The notes under the pieces: model-generated
Databases searched by the model: none
The model's input: the letters and a program-made list of their open reading frames with translations, nothing else
What the model was told of the DNA's origin: nothing
Shown: positions 58,008 through 64,000 of the stretch, in pieces
Numbering within the stretch: the stretch's first letter is position 1
How the letters are laid out: every line of letters starts with the position of its first letter
Program-made: the position numbers and the translations under genes
Assembly: GCA_037380845.1 (NCBI GenBank)
Contig: JARRRI010000003.1
Location: 1 to 64,000 of the forward strand
DNA: 64,000 bases
Origin: Candidatus Sulfobium sp.
GTDB taxonomy: Bacteria; Nitrospirota; Thermodesulfovibrionia; Thermodesulfovibrionales; UBA6898
Direction of reading: 5' to 3'

Positions 58008-59216
58008 TCATTCGTTGTCCTCTTTCACCGCCACCCTTATCCTCCCCAGTATATCGGGGATAGCCGAAGTAACCCTGTCCCAGCTGGCGATGAGAGGAAC
58101 GCCCAGGGGGTCCTCCATGATCTTCTCGGAAGCCTGCTTCAGGCCGCTCGTGAACGTCTCCACCGCAAGACTCTCCTCGTGCCTGTCGAAGAAAAGCCCG
58201 TTTATTGAAGCGTCGTCGTCGTATCTCTTCAGCAGATCCTGCGCCGTTCTGACATACGTAGCCATCAGGGTTTTGAAGAACCCCTCGGAAAAAACGATCC
58301 CCTCGGAGGCGAGTGTCCTGAAGACCGATTTGCATATGTCTACGGCCATCTTATGCAGGCCCTTATTTGCGTCTTCAGGTGAAAGGATCTGGTGCTTGTG
58401 CTCGTAATTCTCCGCGATGTCCACCTGGCAGACCCTCCGCAGCGAGGTATTCCGGTGCACCTCGGCAAGCATCCCCACTTCGAGTCCCCAGTCGCCGGGA
58501 ATCCTGTTCACGCGGGCTAGATCAACGTCCATGGCAAATTCGCCCGCCAGCGAGTAGCGGAAACTGTCGAAGAAAAGAAGGAGAGGATGATATCCGATTA
58601 TCTTCTCCAGCGACCGGATAAGGGGCGTGACCAGAAGCCTCGTAGCCCTCCCGTGGAGCCTGTCCGTCACCCTCGTATAGAAACCCTTGCAGAAATCGTA
58701 ATCCAGGCTCGGGTTCGTCACGGGATAACAGAGTCTTGCCAGCATGTCCCTGCTGTAAGTCAGAATATCGCAGTCATGGATTGCAATAACGTGGAAATCC
58801 TGCTGTGAAAGTACATACCCGTAAGCCATCCACACCGACCTTCCCTTCCCGACTTCGCCGGTAGGAAGTTCGGCGGCTTCGATGGACCTGTATATCTCGG
58901 TAATCCTCGGGCCCGTATTCCAGATGATCCTGGTTTTCTGTGGAAGGGCTGAGAAGAAATCCTTCGCGTTTTTGAATTCCTCATCAGTTGCGGGGCCGAG
59001 GGCAACCACTATCTCCCTGACGTATTTCACCTGCTTCAGCTCCCTGATAATCCCTTTCAGCGCCTCGCCTTCGAGTTCGGAATAAAGGGACGGAAGGACA
59101 AGGGCGATGGGTCTTTCCTGGGCATACCACGACAACTCCGCCTCTATCTTTTGAGGGTTGAACTTGCCGAGTCTGTGGAAGGTCGCTACAACACCTGTCT
59201 GGTAAAAATCAGCCAT
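58008..59216 (-). CDS. gpgS: Glucosyl-3-phosphoglycerate synthase
   Basis: MADFYQ.G, LPSLYSELEG, GKGRSVW, HDCDI, CKGFY.R, GR.TRL.VTPL, WGLEVG. Confidence 0.85.
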   Translation of the reverse strand: MADFYQTGVVATFHRLGKFNPQKIEAELSWYAQERPIALVLPSLYSELEGEALKGIIRELKQVKYVREIVVALGPATDEEFKNAKDFFSALPQKTRIIWNTGPRITEIYRSIEAAELPTGEVGKGRSVWMAYGYVLSQQDFHVIAIHDCDILTYSRDMLARLCYPVTNPSLDYDFCKGFYTRVTDRLHGRATRLLVTPLIRSLEKIIGYHPLLLFFDSFRYSLAGEFAMDVDLARVNRIPGDWGLEVGMLAEVHRNTSLRRVCQVDIAENYEHKHQILSPEDANKGLHKMAVDICKSVFRTLASEGIVFSEGFFKTLMATYVRTAQDLLKRYDDDASINGLFFDRHEESLAVETFTSGLKQASEKIMEDPLGVPLIASWDRVTSAIPDILGRIRVAVKEDNE

Positions 59217-59542
59217 CCTTCACCCCCTCGCCGGTTAGTTACAGAAAGGAAAAAAATTAACGGCATAACTCTGAATCAGTTTAAGTATAAAAGCTCTTAC
59301 AAGCGCGGTCAAGAAAAAGCCGCCTTATCTGCCTGTTTGACAGTCCATGGAACAACCGCAGGGAAGGCGTCTGACAAGCCCGGATTCCGTCAATCTGGAC
59401 GAAAGCGGGAATATCGTAACATATTATAAACGCAAAATTCTTCTCTGACCGACGGAAATAAGTCCGCCCCGTTTATGCGGCCGTCAATATTCTTCAGCAC
59501 CGGCATTTTTCCTCACAGGCCGTGTTGGGTATACTAGGAGAT

Positions 59543-60850
59543 ATGGACTTGCTTTCACCCAAAGAGACGGCAGAGGACATCTTTTACGCCGCCCTGAAAT
59601 CCGTCGACCCTTATGAAGCAGTGAAGAAATATGTGGACAGGATCCGCCGGATCTGTGAAGAAGCTCATTTTGAGAGACTTTTGATAGTGGGTTTCGGCAA
59701 GGCTGCCTGCACCATGGCGAAGGCGGCAGAAGAAGGGCTGGAGAGACTTATAGGCGACGGCGTCATCATTACGAAATACGGCCACTGCAAGGAGACGCTC
59801 CGGAAAATAAAGGTGTTTGAGGCGGGACATCCCGTCCCCGACGAAAACGGACTAAGGGGCACCAGCCACCTTACCGGTCTTTTGCAGGAATCCGGCGAAG
59901 ATACGCTTGTCGTCTGTCTCATCTCCGGTGGAGGTTCGGCCCTGCTTGTCAGCCCATACGACGACATCCCGTTTGGCGACAAACAGGAGATTACACGCTT
60001 GCTCCTTCTGGCCGGCGCCGACATCTTTGAGCTTAACATGGTACGGAAACATTTATCGGCGGTAAAAGGGGGCAGACTCGCAGAACTTGCATGGCCTTCC
60101 AGGGTCGTCTCTCTGATACTCTCTGACGTGATAGGAGACCGGCTTGACGTTATCGCGTCCGGTCCGACTTCTCCCGACAGTACGACCTTCCGTGACGCCC
60201 GGGACGTACTTGAGAAATACGACCTCATGAGCAGCGCGCCCCGGTCCGTCGTCGCCCTTTTTGAGAAAGGTGCGGGCGGCACTGTTCCCGATACCCCGAA
60301 GGAAGACAACAAGGCCTTCGGGCGGGTTGAAAATATAATCATCGGCAGCAACAGGACCGCGCTGCTGGCGGCGGCCAGGAAGTCGATAGCGTTCGGGCTG
60401 AAGACCGAAATCGTCTCTTCCGAAATAAGGGGAGAGGCGAGGACGGTGGCGAAAGGACTGGCGGAAAGGGCGAAGGAACTTAAAAAAGGCGGACCTCCCG
60501 GCACCCCGGCATGTCTCATTTCAGGCGGCGAAACAACGGTGACCGTTGCAGGGGGAGGAACCGGCGGAAGGAACATGGAATTGGCCCTGTCTTTTGCAAT
60601 GGAGATAGAGGGCTGCGACGGGATAACGCTGCTTTCGGCAGGCACTGACGGCACCGACGGCCCCACTGATGCTGCCGGAGCTGTCGTCGACGGCGGCACT
60701 ATTGCCAGGGCCGCTGCGGCTGGACTGGTCGCCCGGGAATTCCTGGAGAACAATGATTCATATCACTTCTTTGAGAAAGCCGGCGGTCTTTTCATAACGG
60801 GGCCCACGGGGACAAATGTAATGGACGTACAGATTATACTCGTGAAATGA
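59543..60850 (+). CDS. Glycerate kinase, MOFRL/type II
   Basis: GFGKAA, AGHPVPD, ISGGGSAL, KGGRLA, GGETTV, GGRNME, TDGTDGPT, TGTNVMD. Confidence 0.93.
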   Translation: MDLLSPKETAEDIFYAALKSVDPYEAVKKYVDRIRRICEEAHFERLLIVGFGKAACTMAKAAEEGLERLIGDGVIITKYGHCKETLRKIKVFEAGHPVPDENGLRGTSHLTGLLQESGEDTLVVCLISGGGSALLVSPYDDIPFGDKQEITRLLLLAGADIFELNMVRKHLSAVKGGRLAELAWPSRVVSLILSDVIGDRLDVIASGPTSPDSTTFRDARDVLEKYDLMSSAPRSVVALFEKGAGGTVPDTPKEDNKAFGRVENIIIGSNRTALLAAARKSIAFGLKTEIVSSEIRGEARTVAKGLAERAKELKKGGPPGTPACLISGGETTVTVAGGGTGGRNMELALSFAMEIEGCDGITLLSAGTDGTDGPTDAAGAVVDGGTIARAAAAGLVAREFLENNDSYHFFEKAGGLFITGPTGTNVMDVQIILVK

Positions 60851-61683
60851 AGAAGCTGGTTATCTTCACGGACCTTGACGGCACGCTCCTCGACGATTCC
60901 ACCTACTCCTTCGACGCGGCATTGCCGGCCCTCAGGATTATCAGACAGGAAAATGTCCCCCTTGTCATCTGCTCAAGCAAGACCAGGGGCGAGATCGAGT
61001 TTTACAGAAGAATGCTCGGCAACACACATCCGTTCGTCTCCGAAAACGGAGGAGGAGTCTTCGTCCCCAAAGGTTATTTTTCGACCACTCCCGACAGGAT
61101 ATCAGCCCCCGATGGTGCGGACACCCGGATCAGTATCGAGGAAACCGGAGACTATTACACGATAAGGCTGGGAACCCCTTACGGGGAGCTGAGGCGGGCC
61201 GTCGAAGTCCTGCGTAAAAAGGGCCTGGACATAAGAGGCTTCGGCGATATGACCACGGAAGAGATTTCCCTCTTGACCGGCCTCTGCGCCGAAGAAACGC
61301 TGATGTCCCGGGAGAGGGACTTTGACGAGCCCTTCGTCTTTAAAGGCGACGAGCAGGCGCTCGCCGCCGCCATACGTGAAATGGGCCTTAACTGCACCAG
61401 GGGCAAGTTTTTTCACATCGTGGGGGACAACGACAAGGGAAAGGCAGTAGCCATCCTGGCCGGACTCTATAAGCAGGAATACGGCGAGGTCTATACCGCA
61501 GCGCTGGGAGATAATCCCAACGACCTCCCCATGCTGCTGTCGGCCGATTATCCGGTGATCGTCCAGAAACCCGGGGGCTGTTACGAACCTCAGATCGATC
61601 TGCCGGGTATGATAAGGGCCGGGGGGATAGGTCCTGAAGGCTGGAACAGAGAGGTGCTCAAACTCCTCGGCAGGCGAGGCTAG
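60847..61683 (+). CDS. gpgP: Glucosyl/mannosyl-3-phosphoglycerate phosphatase (HAD IIB)
   Basis: FTDLDGTLL, SSKT, ENGG, DKGKA, LGDNPNDLPML, GPEGWN. Confidence 0.88.
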   Translation: MKKLVIFTDLDGTLLDDSTYSFDAALPALRIIRQENVPLVICSSKTRGEIEFYRRMLGNTHPFVSENGGGVFVPKGYFSTTPDRISAPDGADTRISIEETGDYYTIRLGTPYGELRRAVEVLRKKGLDIRGFGDMTTEEISLLTGLCAEETLMSRERDFDEPFVFKGDEQALAAAIREMGLNCTRGKFFHIVGDNDKGKAVAILAGLYKQEYGEVYTAALGDNPNDLPMLLSADYPVIVQKPGGCYEPQIDLPGMIRAGGIGPEGWNREVLKLLGRRG

Positions 61684-63446
61684 AAACCTTCCTTTAATAC
61701 CTCCTTGTTGTAGGCATCGATGACGTCCTTACGACGTAACATGGCCACGACCTTTCCACCGGTTTCCGTTTCATCGATGACCGGTATCTCGGCTATGTCC
61801 TTCATGGCAAATTTTTCCATTGCCACATTAAGATCGTCCCCGGGCTTCAGGGTGATCACATTCTCTGTCACTATCTCGCCTGCCCTCACCACGCCCTTTA
61901 TCTTGTCCTCGAACATCACAGGCCTCACATCCTGGATGGAAACTATTCCGAGCATCTTTCCGGCCTCACTGACGACAGGAATATAGAACTTCTCGTTTTT
62001 TACCATTATATCGATCAGTTCTTTCAGCAGCGTGTCCGGCCCCACCTTTATCACGTAGGGGTTCATGACGTCCCTCACCTTTATTTTGCCCATGACAGTC
62101 AGCTCCCTGCCGGCGTGAATCTTTATGCCCTTCTGGGTAAGCTCCACCGTGTCTATCGAATCGGGATACATCTTCCTGGAGACTACGGTGCCTATGATCG
62201 CAGCAAACATCAGCGGGACTATAATCTGGTAATTTCCCGTCATCTCGAATATGAGGAATATGCCGGTAAGCGGCGCATGGGTGGCTGCCGCCAGGAAAGA
62301 ACCTATCCCGACGGTCGCGTAGGCCCCCGGGTCGGCCGTGGAACCGGGGAAGAGATAATGGACGACGTTCCCGTAGCTACCCCCGATCATTGCGCCGATG
62401 AAGATGGCAGGGGCGAAAACTCCGCCCGACCCCCCGGACCCCAGTGTAATGGACGTTGCCAGTATCTTGAAGATCACCAGCAAGGCGATGACAGGCAATA
62501 TTATTCTTCCCGCCAGGGCATGCTCCACAATATCATACCCGTTTCCCATGATCTGAGGGAGGAAGATGCCTATGATGCCGATGATAAGGGCGCCGAGCAC
62601 CGGTTTCACAAGCGGGTTGATCGAAGAGGCGTTGAATTCGTCCTTTATCCTGTGAAAGATCTTGATATAGAAAACCGCAAGAATCCCTACTATCAGGCCG
62701 AAAAGCATGTACAGGGGTATCTCGAGAGGGCTCCTCAGATTGTACTGGGGCACCGCAAACTGGGGATGGGCACCGTAATATCCCCTGGAGACGACTGTTG
62801 CGGCGCCCGACGCGATGACGATCGCCGCAAACGAGGAAAGCTCATAGTTCCCGAGAAGCACGATCTCGATGGCAAACATTATTCCCGCGATAGGGGCGTT
62901 GAAGGTGGCGGCTATGCCCGCGCCGGCGCCTGCGGCGATCAAAAGCTTCATCTGGCCTCCCGAAGCGCGGAAGAGCTGCCCGATACCGGAGCCGATGGTA
63001 CCGCCTATTATCGCGATCGGCCCCTCGACCCCCGCCGAGCCTCCCGAACCTATGGTGAGGGCGGGAGCGATCATCTTCGCTATAATGTTTCTGATCTTAA
63101 GAACGCCCCCCCTGATGTTCACCAGCTCAAGGAATCTCGAGAAACCGTAGCCGTTTATTTCTCCGGGGAAGGCAAAAGTCAGGGGGATAAGAAGAACCGC
63201 TCCCACAATGGGAAGCAAAGGGAGCAGTACCCTGTGGAACCCTCCTTCATTGATATGCAGGAAGTCAGATCCCCCGACGAAAACCCACTTATTGACAAAA
63301 TCCAGCGCGGATCGGAAGGCGACGTTTGCGGTCCCGGCGAGTATTCCTATCAGAAAGGCCAGGATAATCATTACAGCATGCTCTCCCAGGAGGCCGTATG
63401 CCTTTGAGAGAACAAAAAGAATACTTTTTTTCAGCCATCGCGCCAT
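61680..63446 (-). CDS. CLC-family anion channel/antiporter with tandem CBS domains
   Basis: GSGGSAGVEGP, FNAPIAG, EIVL, GGVFAP, FEMTGNY; CBS pair. Confidence 0.93.
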   Translation of the reverse strand: MARWLKKSILFVLSKAYGLLGEHAVMIILAFLIGILAGTANVAFRSALDFVNKWVFVGGSDFLHINEGGFHRVLLPLLPIVGAVLLIPLTFAFPGEINGYGFSRFLELVNIRGGVLKIRNIIAKMIAPALTIGSGGSAGVEGPIAIIGGTIGSGIGQLFRASGGQMKLLIAAGAGAGIAATFNAPIAGIMFAIEIVLLGNYELSSFAAIVIASGAATVVSRGYYGAHPQFAVPQYNLRSPLEIPLYMLFGLIVGILAVFYIKIFHRIKDEFNASSINPLVKPVLGALIIGIIGIFLPQIMGNGYDIVEHALAGRIILPVIALLVIFKILATSITLGSGGSGGVFAPAIFIGAMIGGSYGNVVHYLFPGSTADPGAYATVGIGSFLAAATHAPLTGIFLIFEMTGNYQIIVPLMFAAIIGTVVSRKMYPDSIDTVELTQKGIKIHAGRELTVMGKIKVRDVMNPYVIKVGPDTLLKELIDIMVKNEKFYIPVVSEAGKMLGIVSIQDVRPVMFEDKIKGVVRAGEIVTENVITLKPGDDLNVAMEKFAMKDIAEIPVIDETETGGKVVAMLRRKDVIDAYNKEVLKEGF

Positions 63447-63869
63447 TATTCGCTAGTTAACAGGATACGGCCTTTGAGAATCTCTCCCCGACATCCTGCC
63501 CGACCGACCAAACACTCTATTACCCGATCTGATAAAAACGGCTTAGAGGCATCTCTCAATCGATTCTCACAACCACCAGGGGGAATATCTCCGGCAGCCA
63601 CTCCGGTCAGGAGAGAAAATAGTTCTCGGGCCATTTCCTCGTGAGTCCGTTTTCATGAAATCGCGATAAGGAGAACAAACCACACTTATTATACACTAAT
63701 TCGCACGTAACCCAAGTAAATCCGAAAGTGAACGTTCTTCCCCATCCGGCTCAAACTCCTCACATTTTGACGGCGCCAAACGACTTCGCTTAAAGACATG
63801 TCTTGTCACGGGACCTGATTCATGATAAATATACTTTAAGGAGTTGACGGCTCGGGAGCCGGCAAAAAA

Positions 63870-64000
63870 ATGGATGTCCTGGTAGCGGTAAAAAGAAGAA
63901 GGAGCGTCCGGAATTTTCTCGGGAAAGATATCCCGGAAGAGATCGTAGCGGTTCTGATAGATTCCCTGATCTGGGCACCCAGCGCCGGCAACCTCCAGTC
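63870..64000 (+). CDS. Nitroreductase family protein (runs off window)
   Basis: My translation: MDVLVAVKRRRSVRNFLGKDIPEE...LIWAPSAGNLQ; not in the ORF track. Confidence 0.85.
   Translation, partial: MDVLVAVKRRRSVRNFLGKDIPEEIVAVLIDSLIWAPSAGNLQ

Noticed and set aside
59665..63407. ORFs 59665..60753 (-) and 62115..63407 (+)
   Set aside because: Antisense to the glycerate kinase and CLC genes
1..64000. CRISPR array, tRNA/rRNA, prophage, transposase or defence genes
   Set aside because: No regularly spaced repeats, RNA gene signatures or such protein motifs were seen by eye

Overview
A gene-dense bacterial chromosomal window, probably from an anaerobic Nitrospirota (Thermodesulfovibrionia-like) or deltaproteobacterial organism (inferred from gene content only). 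I found no rRNA, tRNA, CRISPR array, integrase or intact transposase. Left to right: hemL; an 11-heme cytochrome, a 4-heme cytochrome and NrfC/NrfD-like subunits; orphan atpZ-atpI; a DHH phosphoesterase; tkt, fbp, fbaB and kup; small signalling genes (PilZ, two-CW, a three-gene operon behind a palindromic operator); norCB with a diheme NorC; an ~18 kb alpha-glucan/trehalose cluster (glgE, treS-mak, glgB, treZ, GH57/DUF3536, treY, glgC, ggs-like, cmpX-like); a chimeric secreted protein; PilZ, rubrerythrin and a His-less DHp-like peptide; malQ; modE plus a porin; zwf; a sigma54-preceded receiver; mscS-DUF5752-treT (apparently truncated); envelope genes; gpgS, glycerate kinase and gpgP; a CLC-CBS transporter; and the start of a nitroreductase. 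Several REP/MITE-like palindromes lie in spacers. The best novelty candidates are the 15-heme quinol-oxidoreductase module with no catalytic subunit, the glgA/glgX-less ADP-glucose-centred storage and osmolyte network, and the orphan signalling mini-proteins. All functional calls come from recognising motifs by eye; no searches were run.
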